A stretch of 64,000 bases of DNA from Octopus sinensis (GCF_006345805.1 NC_043008.1:65224001-65288000), one strand, 5' to 3'. Positions 13,436-28,740 are shown, counted from the first letter of the stretch. A program made the numbers and translations. Notes: a model not told the origin generated them from the sequence alone.

Positions 13436-13860
13436 TGTTATTATATAGCTATAACTATTTGGCTATATTATACAGTTATATATTATATAGTTATAACTAT
13501 TTGGCTATATTATATAGTTATATATTTATATAGTTATAACTATTTGGCTATATTATATAGTTATATATTATATAGTTATAACTATTTGGCTATATTATAT
13601 AGTTATATATTATATAGTTATATCTATTTGGCTATATTATATAGTTATATATTATATAGTTATAACTATTTGGCTATATTATATAGTTATATATTATATA
13701 GTTATAACTATTTGGCTATATTATATAGATATATATTATATAGGTATAACTATTTGGCTATATTATATAGTTATATATTATATAGTTATAACTATTTGGC
13801 TATATTATATAGATATATATTATATAGTTATATATTATATAGTTATAACTATTTGGCTAT
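13436..13860. repeat. 42-bp minisatellite, about 10 units with shorter variants
   Basis: Unit TTATATAGTTATAACTATTTGGCTATATTATATAGTTATATA; it translates as the 14-aa period YSYNYLAILYSYIL. Confidence 0.92.
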
Positions 13861-14653
13861 AAATTACGATATCGTATAATTTAGCTCTACATCTGCTACG
13901 TCTAAAGTTAGGGGACAAGTGGTCTTGGTAGGAACATTCTAGTTTGAAAGTTTGCTCGGTCATAGCAGGCCTAAGTCTTAGCACCAACGGGAACAACATT
14001 AATTTCTTATATTATTACGTGGATATATATTTATGAGAAAGTATTTTAACCAAGCAATTTAATTCCCCAGCCCGGTGAGATAAAAGGCAACTCTGACCCC
14101 CAGCAGTATTTGAACTCTTAATGTTCTAGAAGACGTAATTAAATTGTGTCTGGTGATCTTCAGTTTCTGCTAATTTACCGCCTTTCCACCTGAAATGATA
14201 TTATCACCGACTCGAAATACAGTGCACATGACATATACATTAGAATGCTTGACTGGACATCGTTATTGTATCTAGTTCAATCTAATGAATACATTATTGT
14301 ATCCAGCGTTATCTTCTGATTTCATTTCCTTCCAGAGACGACAACACATTCAGTAATAATATATTGCTTTGTGTCAGCCATGTCACTAGTCAAAATACAT
14401 GGAGATTAATAAAATTGTATCTTCATATATTGAACGTATATGTTTGAACAATAGATTGCTGGTGCAACCAGTGAAGTGATAAAACACGCAACTATCCTGT
14501 CGCATTAATGAGCTCTATTCGGCCATTTATTTAAGCTGTTGGTTTTGATGATCATGAATTTATATACTCTTGATATATGCATATATATATACATACAAGT
14601 ATATACGTGTGCAGGTGCGTGCCTATATATAAATATATATATGTATACATATA

Positions 14654-14696
<43 letters not shown>

Positions 14697-14966
14697 TATA
14701 TATATATATATATATATGCATATATATATATATGCATATATATATATATATATATATATGCATATATAATATATATGCTATATATATATATATATTATAT
14801 ATATATATATGCATATATATATATATATATAAATATATATATACATTATACATAGATATATATATAGATATATATATTAATATATATCTACAAACATATA
14901 TACATCATTAATGCATACCTACATACATACACACATACATACATACATAATACATACATACATACA

Positions 14967-15000
<34 letters not shown>

Positions 15001-15368
15001 CATGTTGCAACACATGTTTGGGAATTTAGTCCTATTTGTACCTACTTCTAAACACGAGTAGTAGGCACCTTTGAGTACAAACTTTCTTGAGAAAAAATGT
15101 ACTTTCAATTAATGATTAAGTGATTACATGCATATATACACATGTGTGTTTGTGTGTGTGTGTGAGAGAGAGAGAGAGAGTGAGAGAGAGAGTGAGTGTT
15201 TGTAACGAAATATTAGCGCTGAGCAGTGTTTAGGCATTAGAATAATTTAGGTTAGGTAAAATATGTTTGTGATGTATTTCAACCACTAAAAGGGAAATAC
15301 ATTATCTGAAGTGTATTTGCCTTTTAACAGTTAAAATACGGCACAAACATACTTTAACTAATTAAATT

Positions 15369-15413
<45 letters not shown>

Positions 15414-15418
15414 TTATA

Positions 15419-15565
15419 TATATTGTTGTATTTCAGAATGGTCATTTTGCCAGTTTAGCCAATAAAACAACACACGCACTATATATTGGGTGTTACTTTG
15501 CTTCAGTGTTATTTATTTTTTACATTAAACTGGCAAAATTACCATTCCGAAATACAACAATATAT
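15419..15565. mobile_element. Short MITE-like inverted-repeat element
   Basis: About 37-bp TIRs (15421-15457 / 15526-15562, two mismatches), TA-flanked. Confidence 0.65.
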
Positions 15566-15623
15566 GTTTCAACAACACGATTTCACATAAAAAATCTTAC
15601 ACAGTAAATATATAAACGTATAT

Positions 15624-15678
<55 letters not shown>

Positions 15679-16046
15679 ATATATAATAGAAACAGGTTTC
15701 AAAGAAAAAAGACTCCACGTGGTATAAATAAGGAAAAAATAAAAAGAAACAAAGAAAGATACTAGGTTATATATATATATATCTATAACAACGATACATA
15801 AAAATAAATGATGTGTTGATTCCAAGTTACTGAACAGTGATGTAGAAACCTGTATGACTTTCTATATTGTCCATGATAATGATTTTATACTTCTTAATTC
15901 ATCTTTGCTGCCTTTATTAAAAAATGCCTTTAATTTATGATATCGCAAATAGTGAAGTGGTATAGAGAAATGACTAGAGCATGAAGGACTGCTAATCTCG
16001 TTACATTTGAACTAAAGAATATTCATGGCAAAAATAAATACATTCT

Positions 16047-16267
16047 TTTCTATTCTAAGCAGCAAAAGGTCCGAAATTTTTTTGGGGGAGGGGGCAAGTC
16101 GATTAGAACAACTCCAGTTCGCAACCAACTGGTACTTAAGCAATCGACCCCGAAAGGATGAAAAGGAAAATCTACCTCGGCGAAATTTGAATTCAGAATG
16201 TAAAGACAGACGAAATACTGCTAAGCATTTCGCCCGGTGTGCTAACGTTTCTGCCAGGTCACCACCT
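16047..16267 (-). mobile_element. SINE family A
   Basis: Head, B-box-like motif and core as at 1601-2018. Confidence 0.8.
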
Positions 16268-17840
16268 TGCAAAGTAAAATATATTACTCAGGCTCCCATT
16301 CTTACGCCCACCTATACTCTTATACACACTCACCCACACACACATGTAGGCATAGAGTGGTATGCACAACACAGTTGTTCATTTTATGTAAGCATTTCAA
16401 AAGGGGGATTACTCTGTAGCATCTCAAATAACTTCCATCGATGTTCTAATCAAAGTTTCAACGCCCGCATCCAATGTCTTTTCCAATATGTGTGATTTTA
16501 TGGGGTGTACTCTCTCCTATTCTTACTGGAATCGACACGTTTATGTTATATATCATAAGAAAAAAGAAACACTGATTGCACAGACACAGAACGAAACATT
16601 TTGACCAAGCTGTTTCTCCAAAGCTTCAATATGAATTAACTGGCTTACGGTATTCAATTTTTAAGCCAATCTACATAAACTGAAGTTTAATATAAGAATC
16701 CTTAATCTGATGCAAGCCTAATTCTTCATATTATTACGTACGAAAGGTATAAAAATTCCCATCGATACAGCAGGAAACCAAGATGAAATAAATATAAATT
16801 ATAAAATCTCCAATTCACTTGTTTCTCATTAAAATTCTCTTATAAAATGATGTTCGGGTTTGAAGAGAAAATTAATTGGAGTTTTAGAAAAGATATCAAA
16901 AAGAAATTTAAACGAATTTTATGATCCTTGATGCTTTGGATCAAATTAATACAAAAAATGTCAGTATCTCATAAAATATAAAAGTATATAGTAATAAAAT
17001 GAATGGACCCGTATAATTCACATAGTTTAAAATGGTATTTAAATTTGAAACTGACAAATCTTGCAAATAATTGTCGCCAGATTATATCTAACGCCAAGCA
17101 TCCCCAATGAACTTGCCTACGGGAATATTATTTTATTCTCTTTTAGAAGTTTGGTGCAATGCCAAAAAGACTTTTGTCAGTTTCAATAAAGTGCAAGCTT
17201 TGTTTTCATCACCGCCTTTTATATAATGACATTGGTTTAACTTTCAGCCATTTTAAAAAGAAGGTCGTGACGTTTATCACCTAGTTAACGCAATACTTAA
17301 ATTTTAATTATGGTGACCATTTCGTTTTAACCAGTATTTTATGTTTCTTTTCTCTATTCATGTTTAAAATAAATCGTCACTACTCTATCGCTAGCATCAC
17401 ATCAGTTAAATATCAATAGGGTTAATAGCCTGGACAATTCTTCCATGATCGGGCATATATGTAGTTCTGCACTAAGGTGACACTACGTATAAACATAAAC
17501 AAACATTGTTACGTAGAAAATTAGAGACTCAGCCGTAAAAGCACGGAGACACGAACGTAAGCAGGTAGCTAGACGTCTAGACACATATATATTCTTGGGA
17601 CATTTAGCCATATATATACATATATATATAAGGATAAGATCGATAATTAAAATACCGATCATATCAGGCGGCCAGCATGGGAATAAAAACTTCAAAGGTA
17701 ATAACTATTATTAAAATTATAATTAAAGGTATCTAAGTGATACCAAACAACCATACAGCAGCCAAATTTGAGTCAAGTTTTGGCTGCTATATCTAGCAAC
17801 ATGTTTGGTATCTCTTAGATACCCTAAATTATAATTATAC

Positions 17841-17916
<76 letters not shown>

Positions 17917-18540
17917 ATATATGTATTATGTAATGTAGTATGTATGTATTGCTCAATGTGCCAAGACATACATAGACAGATATACGTAACCTTGCATAAA
18001 CATTCAATTTAAAGAAACGCACGCACGTGCACGCATACGTAGACATATATGCATACACACACAAACACACATATGCCTGTAAAAGTACATGTAACGCATT
18101 TTCAAAATTATGCTATCATATGTGTGTTTGTGTCTAATGTTGATTTGGTAGCATGGTTGTAAACGACTATCAACATCATAGGAGCGTTGTTTCCAATCAT
18201 CTGGAAATGCCATAGAGGGAGACAGGATAATTTTATCAATTTTTGAAACAGGTGAGGGTACGTGACAGATAGTGTATCCTGCCTTAAAAAGTTGTCTCCA
18301 CAAATTTCTGTTGCCCCATGCCATGGAGCCATGGAAAACTGGGAGTTACATCATTATGATGATCATAATGATGATCTTAATCACGACAATGTTGATGATC
18401 ATGATGATGAACATGAGGATGATCATGACGCTCATAGTTATGATCATGATGATGATACTCTTCATAATCAAGACCACCATAAACATCATCATCATTGTCG
18501 TCATCATGATTGTCATCATCATATCTATTTATACATATCT

Positions 18541-18776
18541 ATTTCTTTACTACCCACAAGGGGTTAAACACAGAGGGGACAAACAAGGACAGACAAACGG
18601 ATTAAGTCGATTATATCGACCCCAGTGCGTAACTGGTACTTAATTCATCGACCCCGAAAGGATGAAAGGCAAAGTCGACCTCGGCGGAATTTGAACTCAG
18701 AACGTAACGACAGACGAATTACGACTTCACTTCGCATTTCGCCCGGAGTCCTAACGTTTCTGCCAGCTCGCCGCCC
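18541..18776 (-). mobile_element. SINE family A, near full length
   Basis: Near-identical to 1790-2018. Confidence 0.88.
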
Positions 18777-19364
18777 ATCTCGCGGATTTTTTACAGACCA
18801 TACCGTTATACAAAAGAGGAATTCTCTGTGTTTCCCAGACAGAACCATTTTATTCTGCTCTTGGATTAGATAGTATCACGTTACACGCAGTTAGAAGAAA
18901 GAAAAAAAGAAACTAGTAAGCATATATGTTCAAAAGATACTAGAAATCGAAAGATAATATTTCTTTAATAGAAATTAGCCACCCCTCCATGATGCAACTT
19001 AAACCACAATCAACATAGACGTTAACATAGACGCACTTCAAACCAAAACAAACATACGTATCAGTCTTTTGTAGAAAACAGCTACAAAAAGCTAATAACA
19101 AAGATACAGCTAAAGATGTAAGCGCTTGTTTGCTCGCTTGGCCTGCCAAAATAGCAACTACATCTTTCTGTAAACACATTCTCGTCTTACATAAGAACCG
19201 AACATTACATAATATACTTCTAGTGATAATATATCTGAAAATAAAATAAGATTTGAACGCTGACGATTGAAACACATATTGTATGAACTGAAGTTGAAAA
19301 ATACGCAAAATATACAAATCTTACACCTAGGTAGATATGTTATGCTTTCATTATAACTGACATC

Positions 19365-19575
19365 AGGTGGCAAGCTCGCAGAAACGTTAGCACGCGAAGC
19401 GCAATGCTTAGCGGCATTTCATTCGTCGCTACGCTCTGAGTTCAAATTCTGCCGAGATCTCTTTCGCCTTTCATCATTTCGGAGTCGATGAAAATATTAT
19501 CAGTCGAGTACTAATGTCGATCCACTATCTCTGTCTTCCAATTTCATGCCTTGTGCCTATAGAGGTAAGAATTAT
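19365..19575 (+). mobile_element. SINE family A
   Basis: AGGTGGCAAGCTCGCAGAAACGTTAGCACG head, GAGTTCAAATTC, core. Confidence 0.8.
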
Positions 19576-19805
19576 ATCTCACATCAATAAGGCAATGGGA
19601 AATTCTAAAATCTCAAAACTTCAAAGCCATTATATAACACAGTGTGAGACGTTTAACCATCACAAACACCAGCATGTATCTTCTTGTATTTAGAAGCATT
19701 CAGAAACCTCACACTTACCCAAGGAGAGACGACAGCAATGATTACCAAGAATAATCCCAATCAGTTTAGATAATCTCAAACTTGATATCAAATATAAATA
19801 CATAC

Positions 19806-20172
19806 GGAGTGGCCGTGTGGTATATAGCTTGCTTATCAAAAACATGGTTGCGGGTTCAGTCCCACTACGTGGCACATTAGGCAAGTGCCTTCTACTATAG
19901 CCTCGGGCCGACCAAAGCCATGTGAGTGGAAGAAGCCCGTCGTATGTATATGTATATATATATATATATATATATGTGTATGTGTGTGTATATGTTTGTG
20001 TGTGTGTGTTCGCCCCCCCCACCACCAACATCGCTTGACAACCGATGCCGGTGTGTTTACGTTCAGCAAAAGAGTCCGATAGAATAAAGCGTACAAAGAA
20101 TAAGTCCTGTGGTCGATTTGCTCGACTAAAGGCTGTGCATGGCCGCAGTCAAATGACTCAAACAAGTAAAAG
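19806..20172 (+). mobile_element. SINE family B
   Basis: GGAGTGGCCGTGTGG A-box-like and GGGTTCAGTCCC B-box-like head, internal microsatellite, tail CATGGCCGCAGTCAAATGACT. Confidence 0.85.
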
Positions 20173-20889
20173 GGCACAAGAGTACACCTCACCAAGCACC
20201 TAACATGTTCATTACTTTCATACAACTCATGAATCTAAAACTGGCATTGGTGTGTTTACAGTCGTTGGTCATGCCATGCCGGTGTCATTTACAAGCCTCT
20301 TAATCCTCATTCGCCAAATATAACGACAGCAATTGCGAAAATTGCCCCGGGTGCAACTGATGTAAGAGAATTAAGCCCGTCATGCCTGCACGGCCATTAC
20401 GGATGTATATTATTTTTTCCTTATAAAACTGACCGTAACGTTTTCCTTCCTCCAGTTCTAGAGAGGTTATGTACTTACGACCATTAGAGTCTAGCAGATA
20501 TCCTATACGGCTAAACGCCTTATAGCTGCGAAACTAATGGTCACTCGATGACCGGACTAAACATTCCTAAAAATTAATAAAAATGTATTACTGCTCTGAT
20601 GTATTAGAGTGTGTTACTTCTTTTGATATATGAACAACTGATGATATGTGTGTGTGTGTGTGTGTGTGTGTGTATGCAGATGTACGTATTCGTGTATACA
20701 TATAAAATAAAACAATCCATTGGAGACTGTTTATGAAATATTTACATGTACCTACGCTTAATAAGCTAAAATGATTATTAGTTACATAATGTAAATTGAA
20801 TAATTAAAAGTATTGTCAAATCTCCGGAGAGATGTAACAATTATACATAACTTTAACTACTGTCTTATTATAATGTTAACTGAAGTATA

Positions 20890-21098
20890 CTTTTATTTGT
20901 TTCCGTCATTTCTCTGCGGCCATGCTGGAGCACCACCTTAAGGGAATTTAGTTGAACAAATCGAACCCCGAACTTATTCTTTGTAAGCCTAGTATTTATT
21001 TTATCTTTCCCTTTTGCCGAATTGCTAGATTACGGGGAGATAAACACACCAGCATCGGTTGTCAACCGATGGTGGAGGACAAACACAGACACAAAGCT

Positions 21099-21149
<51 letters not shown>

Positions 21150-21275
21150 AGTAAAAACACATAAATGTGAAACAGGTGGAAAAAGAGTACTCAATACCAG
21201 TGGTAGAGTAATATGCTTTATTTCGTGCTGCTTAAAATAAAGCTAATATATAATATATATATATTATTATAATAT

Positions 21276-21307
<32 letters not shown>

Positions 21308-21500
21308 ATGTATGTTATTTTGTATGTATGTATGTATATGCATATATATACGGGCTTATTTCAGGTTCCATCTACCAAATTCAATTAAAAGGCTTTGGTC
21401 AACCCGAGGCAAAAGTAGAAGATACTTACCTAAAGTGTCATGCATTAGACTAAACCCGGAACTATGTGTTTGGCAACCAAGCTTCTTACCACACAGCCTA
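20890..21500 (-). mobile_element. SINE family B, split by expanded microsatellite and an insert
   Basis: Tail half 20890-21100 and head half 21350-21500, with an unrelated piece at about 21147-21245. Confidence 0.75.
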
Positions 21501-21502
21501 CG

Positions 21503-21542
<40 letters not shown>

Positions 21543-22879
21543 AACACACAGAGACACAGACATACACACACACACATGTAATAATATTATGAGTGTACAA
21601 GGATAAATTATTGAGGCTGGTACCGTATGAATTCAAGTAGTAAAGAGCACCAAGATCACTTAGGGTGAACAATCCCATTGTAATTCTACTGATAGGTGAA
21701 TCCAGATTCAGTTTACTAGACTATGAATATTTTGGGTAGTATAAATCCAAAATAATTTCAAAGATGAAGGAGACATGGTTCTTCAGTTTTTTTCTTCCAA
21801 TCTAACAGTTAATTATACGGCATAATTAGTTAAAATTACCGACACGTGTTTCTGCTTTTTAGGGTATGTGCAGCTGCATATGCGATGCGCAGTATTCTGC
21901 TATGCATCTTCGTTCAGGGTCTTTTCACAAGCGTGGTCCAAAATGAACTGAATTTATTTATGCGTAGTTAGAATAGTTCTTTATTTTACTATGGTTTAGA
22001 TACAAAAGGAAAGTGAAAGGGAGGTGTTGAAACTTGATATGACTATACAATATTTTGTATCTACCCTCATGTAAACCTTAGCTCCAGGACGAAACTGAAA
22101 ATCTTATAAACTAAACTAGGTCAAAATATATCTTATTGTTCTAATATAACTTCGTCAGTGATTGAATAAAACTAAAATAAATTTAATTAAATTAATTGAA
22201 GGCTTTTTGTCATATGTCCATATGAAAGGTGCACCTGTTAATTGAGTTTTATATTATACATAAGTTATGGTGTCCTACATGAGTTTCTATAGATTGTAAA
22301 AAATATATTTTAAGCAAGTGATAATGTCGGTAACTAGTTGAAAGTTAAATCAGATATTTTCCAGAAATCTACCCCTTAAATTCAAATGTTTCCCTTTGCA
22401 TTGCGGATACTATCCTATCCAATACCTGCGTACAGATATATTCTAACTGTAATGATAATCAATCCAAATATATAAACGAATCCAGAATCAATAACATCTC
22501 TACTCGCGTCTCTATACTATCGTCAAACGCAAACATATTTAGAATAAATGAGAAATATAATAATAATGCATGAGAAGAAACAGGATAAAGTAACCATAAC
22601 ACCAAAGCGGCATCAACTGTTTGATCGTCCAAATTAGAAGACATGAATTAAGTACGTAAGTTTACACAAACCAGCGTCCTGTCAATAGAGATTACAGAGC
22701 ACACAGTATCGAACGATTGTATAATGTATATTCACTATAGAAAAAGACGGGAAATATTTTTTATCCCGACCTACTCGACTGGAACATCCGCGTCTGCTGT
22801 AAGGTGTCTAGCTATCCTATTCACAGTTTATATAGATAGATAGATAGATAGATATAGATATATAGATAGATAGATATAT

Positions 22880-22910
<31 letters not shown>

Positions 22911-23006
22911 TAAAGAGATACACCGATACATAGATACATACATATATATATTTATATATATATATGTATGTATGTATATATATATGAATGTATGTATGAA
23001 TATGTA

Positions 23007-23054
<48 letters not shown>

Positions 23055-25094
23055 TTTTACGCCAAACAGAGAGAGGAGGAGAGAGAGTGAGATAATATAT
23101 GAATATAGCTGCATACATGTAAACATAGATAAGTACATAGGTACATACATATACCGAGATATAAGTTTAAGTAAAGTACTATATTAATTCATATTGATTA
23201 TCTGTATTGATTAGCCGACCAGCTGTTAAAATGTACATTAGCGTGTTCCTTTAACTGAAAACATTAATTGTCTCTAGTGTATAGAAATCTTAGCGTATGG
23301 GCCCCGTTTCATAGACAATAGCAACTGTACTAACATATTACAGACATGTTTGCAAATCTAAAAGCATTCCTAAAATGAAATGCTAACTCGGCGTTTGTGT
23401 AAAATCGTAAACTTATAATTGTAATTATTTGACACAGAGATTTATGGCAAACTAATGGCTGCGACCTTACTTGGAATTAATATTAACACAATAATGTAGT
23501 ACCAGTTAACAAATTTTAACTACTTGCTGTGTAATACTTTAGAATACTGAATTATCCATCCTATATTTGTTTGCTTCTATATATTCATCTAGTATACGAA
23601 AGGATGATTGCAGAGAAAAGATAAATGGTCTATGTATATCTACTAAATAACTTCAGCATAGAATTCGAGGCAGCTTGTACAGCATAAAGTATGCTCCATT
23701 GAAACAAGCTAGCTTTTCACAAACACTCCTTCAGCTCACCGATTGCTGAGACATGATTTCTTTTCTTCTCATTCAGCGGTAAATTGGACAGAAATTCTGA
23801 TTTATACATTTGTTCGCTTCGTTTCCGAGTATTTTCTCTAGAAATAACACAGAGCTGCCTTTACGTATCTCTTTTCACATCACGTCATCAACAATGCATA
23901 GAATAATCTCTAGGATTATGGGTTTTCATGAATCATATCCTTACTGAAAAAAAAGTGACAGAAAATCGTGTATTATTTCTGATATTGGACGAGGTAGAAT
24001 TTCTATATTTTCATTGACAAATGTACTACTCTGCGCTCACTTACTAGAGAACTAATTTCGTTTATTTAGGATATTTTTCTTTCTCTTTCGCATATTGCAG
24101 TCCTTGATTGAGACATTGCGGAACCAATATCGCGGATTGTTGCTTTTAAAAACGTTTATCAATCCAGATGGATTTATTTGTTGTTACATATATTTCTTAT
24201 ATTTTTAACTTTTCATTTGACACTTTCTCGAGATACCGAAGTAAGTTATATTTTCTACTAACTATATAGCTTTAGACTTTCGATTCTTTATTTTATTTTT
24301 TCCTCTTTCATAACATTAAGACATTCAGCTCAAGATGAAGAAAATATGAGAAACAAAAACGATAATAGAGCAAATGAAGAAATTAATCAATATTATTCCT
24401 CTCTCTCCTCTTGCGTCTTCCCTACTACTAGTACCCACCACTATACTACTACTACTACTACTACTATTACTACTAATACTACTACTACTTTTGCTTCTCC
24501 GTTCGTATCATCATCAGTATCTCCTACTACATTTACTACATGTACTGCAAGAAGCACTACGGCAACTATTACCTTTTTTCTTCCTTTTGTTCTTATAAAT
24601 TTCTGCTTTCTCTTCTCCTACATCATCGTCTTCTTCCTTGCCGTTCACATGATTGTAATTGGCTAAATGCTTTAAGTTGTAAAACGAGGAACAGAATGTA
24701 TTTCGATTTGTATTACCATGCCTTTACATACTCAGTTCGAATCCCGTTCACCTACCGGCTGTGTTTGAAATAACTTCCATTTCTATCCTCAAGTAAATTT
24801 AAAGGGATGGATAATCTGTCAAAATATTTATCTTTGAGTCTATCACTATTAGCATATTTGCCAAGAGGAATTTTGCGGAATCGTTAGAACAAGGCGCGAA
24901 ACAACTTAAATCATTTGTTTGGCTTTTGACTCTTTACGCCCTGAGGTCAAATCTTACCGAATTCCTCTTTGATGTTTTATATTTCCGTGGTAGATACAAG
25001 TGTAGGCAGAGTACTATGAGAAACATTATCTCCTACTCCAGACGAGAAATATTTTGGGCCTCGTGTCCTAGATATGGATTAACATTTTTTTAAT

Positions 25095-25515
25095 ATTGGC
25101 TTCAAATTTTGGCACAAGGTCAGCCCTTTCGGGGGAAGAGCTAAGTCGATTACATCGGCCCCAAGTTTTCAACTAGTACTTATTTTATCAACTCAAGTAT
25201 GACGAAAAGCTATGTCAATCTCGGCAGAATTTTCACTCCGAACATAGAAACGGACGAAATGCCGCTTAGCATTTTGCTCGGCGTGCTAACGTTTCTTATT
25301 TCTTTACTGCCCACAAGGGGCTACACATAGAGGGAACAAAGAAGGACAGGCAAAAGGATTATCTCGATTATATCGACCCTAGTGCGTAACTGGTACTTAT
25401 TTAATCGACCCCGAAAGGATGAAAGCAAAGTCGACCTCGGCAGAATTTGAACTCAGAACGTAGCGACAGACGAAATACTGCTAAGAATTTTGCCCGGCAT
25501 GCTAGCTCACCGCCT
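25095..25515 (-). mobile_element. Two adjacent SINE family A copies
   Basis: Two head-core-tail units back to back (about 25095-25295 and 25298-25515). Confidence 0.8.
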
Positions 25516-26629
25516 TATATTTTTCATAAACATTGATATTACTTATCCTTATTACTGATGAAATCCATTGTCACGCCACTTTTATGCAAATGTATAAATA
25601 TTGCGTGAGTCCGAGTTAGGCATCCGTTCTTCTGTAGACAACAGAAAATGAAAACTATCTGAATATTGGGGTACCTGAATCAAAACTACGTCACCTCAAC
25701 CATAGGTGGATTTTAAAGAAGCAACTCTTCACTTTAACCTGGGCCCAAACGCTGTTGGCTTGTTGAGCCATACCAAATACAGACTGTCATGTGCAGAAGG
25801 CATACGTCTATCAGCTGAGTTCATTATGAAGATCGTCAATCCAATTTCCTTTAGCCTAGAAATGACAGGCACTGTTTATCTGTCTAATGACTTAATAAAA
25901 GTGATTTTGTGGTGAGCCAGATTGGAAGCGCAGAGGACGGACACCATTTCCCTTCGCCAACATAACAGTATTTTTCAAGTTTCACTTGTAGGGTGGGGAT
26001 GGAAGTGCTGTTACACAGCAAATTTGTATAAATTAAAGAACACCACCAGGCACAACGAACTCACCTTAATGATCAGTGTGACGATAGAATTTCTGAGTTT
26101 TCCACACACCAGATTGTGCAGTGAAATAAATTTACACAAACAAAATTATTCACATGGCTGCTTCTCGTTCTTAGAGCGACAATTCTTTTCTCAATTTGTG
26201 TGACGTACCATTAAAAACAATCTTTTGCATTTCATGCATGGATGGAAAGCCAGTGGTCATTCTCAATTTTCACATCCTTTTTTGACCGTTCCAAGTACTC
26301 TTACAATCACAATTATTGTAACCGCCTTAAGATACCACGTATTTTCGATTTCAATGGGAAAGTCTTTATATTTTCTTAGATTGTCAAATTCTTTTGCCGA
26401 GATTGTATGATCACAAGGAATAATCATGTCGATCAATAAACAGACTTTATTGTCTTGGTCTTTTACAACAGTTTATTAGCTTTTATTATTCGGTCTGTAT
26501 GCGCCAGTTACTAATACTACTACTATTACTACCACCTACACCACCACCACTACCACAACTATTATTACTACTAATACTACTACTACAATTATAGTGTATG
26601 GTAATTTAGTTAGCAGGTATTTTATTTTG

Positions 26630-27024
26630 ATGTTTGGTGATAAGTTTTTCTAAAATCTTCGGAATCTTCTTTAGAGTTATTGCCGAATGTTGCATGATAA
26701 TCCTGTACAGGCTAACAAAGCGAGTTTCAATTCCAGTCTCTTTTAGTCTTGTAGAAAGCATTTGGGGTGTTGAGTCAAGTGCACCAATTACTACGGGAAT
26801 GAGTGTTTTCGTGGTCTTCCACAGTCTCCTTGGGCTCTATAAAAACATACTGATATTTCTCAGTTTTGTCAACCTTTTGGCATCGACTCTGCGATCATAG
26901 AGAATACCAGCATCTTACACTGTTTCTTTATTTTGCCATCTATGATCATAACCGGTCTTCTTGCTTTAGTTCTGATGCAGAAATCCCACAAGTACATGTA
27001 ATCCTCATTTTCTATCACAGCTTA
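26630..27024 (-). pseudogene. 5'-truncated R4/Dong-like RLE fragment
   Basis: AVIENEDYMYLWDFCIRTKARRPVMII, EKYQ, RRLWKTTKTLIPVVIGALDSTP; 5' junction directly at (TAA)n. Confidence 0.75.
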
Positions 27025-27121
27025 TTATTATTATTATTATTATATATATATACATATAATATATATATTAGATATCTTCCATTATTAATTGAATTACTTT
27101 ATGGAGGTTCTGTCTCTTAAT

Positions 27122-27208
<87 letters not shown>

Positions 27209-27582
27209 ATATATGTATGAATGTAATAAATTATTGAAAATAATTACAGCTTCATGCATATATGTGCAGATGCAAATATATATCAGATAAATATTATATA
27301 AGCTTGAATTGTACATATGGCTTACCTCTCACAGGTTCATGATAAAACACACCCACATGTGTAAGTATGTATGGATGTGTGTGTATATTGCTTGACAACC
27401 GATGTTGGTGTGTTTGCGTCCCCGTAAATTAGCGGTTCGGCAAAAGAGAGAATTAGTACTAGGCTTACAAAGAATAATTCCTGCGATCGATTTGCTCGAC
27501 TAAAGGTGGTGCTTCAGCATGGCCACAGTCAAACGACTGAAACAAATAAAAGAATATATATATATGAGTTTTATATGCATAA

Positions 27583-27619
<37 letters not shown>

Positions 27620-28740
27620 GAGAGAGAGAGAGAGAGAGATGCATACATACATACACACGCACACACATACGCATGAGTTATATGCTTTACTTCATGTGTG
27701 TTTTGTGTATGGGCATAGAGTTGGGTGTATGTGATTACATACACACATATACATGTCAGTAGGTCATTTTCGAGCTACGAACAGATAGTGAGCAGAATTC
27801 AGTGTACAGAAAACATTCTCTTGTCACATTTTTGAACAAGTACACGCAGTATAATAATAATAATTTAGGAGCTCGCTCCACCCACACGATATCCTTGATT
27901 GAACTCATGGAATCCGAGGCAAGTATTATTTGCAACATTCCTTGCAAATTTGGTGTGTGCGTGGAAGCCTACTGAACGAAATTGACCTCTAATTTCAAAA
28001 ACCCAATTCTGTTTCACTGCCACACTTTCCTGCACCAGAATTACGATACGAGTGTTAGTTTTTACGTGAGTAATTATCAAATATTTACACTAATTCAATC
28101 GAGCAGAATCGAAAACCTGATTATGTATCGTCGAAAGACCGAAGGGAAACCATTACCGATATGTGTAAGTGAGGGGAAGAGAATGTGTATGAGAGGTGGA
28201 GTGTACGTGTGTGTGTGTGTGTTTGTATATGTTTGGGATGAAATATCTATTATATGAATAAGACGCCATTTTTTCTTTACTTGTAATACCTGAAAACAGA
28301 AAAGAAAATAATTAATCACTTCTATGTATGCTTTACAGACCCTTCTGTATTAATCGTTTCATTTATTTTATTTTATTTCATTTATTTTTTGCAGTTGCTT
28401 ACTCACGTTAGGCGGAGATAAGCTGAGCAGAATATATATATATTGGCTAAACAACGATATTTTTTTTTCTTTTTCTAAGTGAGGAGTGACGGTTTTATAT
28501 AAATTGAACGTAAGATGAATTTATGGAGATTTTTGTCTATGAAAGTTACGTTGTTCAATCGTCATAAAATTTTTAAACTGTCTCCATCAGAAATAGGTAC
28601 GAAATGCCCTCTTTTACGATATATTCCCTACATATTTTCGTGGTGTAAGTATGTATCACATTCGCATTGAATTGTTAGGTTCCAGGCTCTTGCTACCTCA
28701 GTAAATTCATGAAAGTCACCCAAATAAACAAAATTATATT

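Noticed and set aside
13436-13860. Regular repeat array as a possible CRISPR
   Set aside because: No unique spacers, eukaryotic context and no cas genes.
18262-18567. His/Asp-rich ORF resembling a metal-binding protein
   Set aside because: Decayed (GAT/CAT)n repeat running into a SINE tail.
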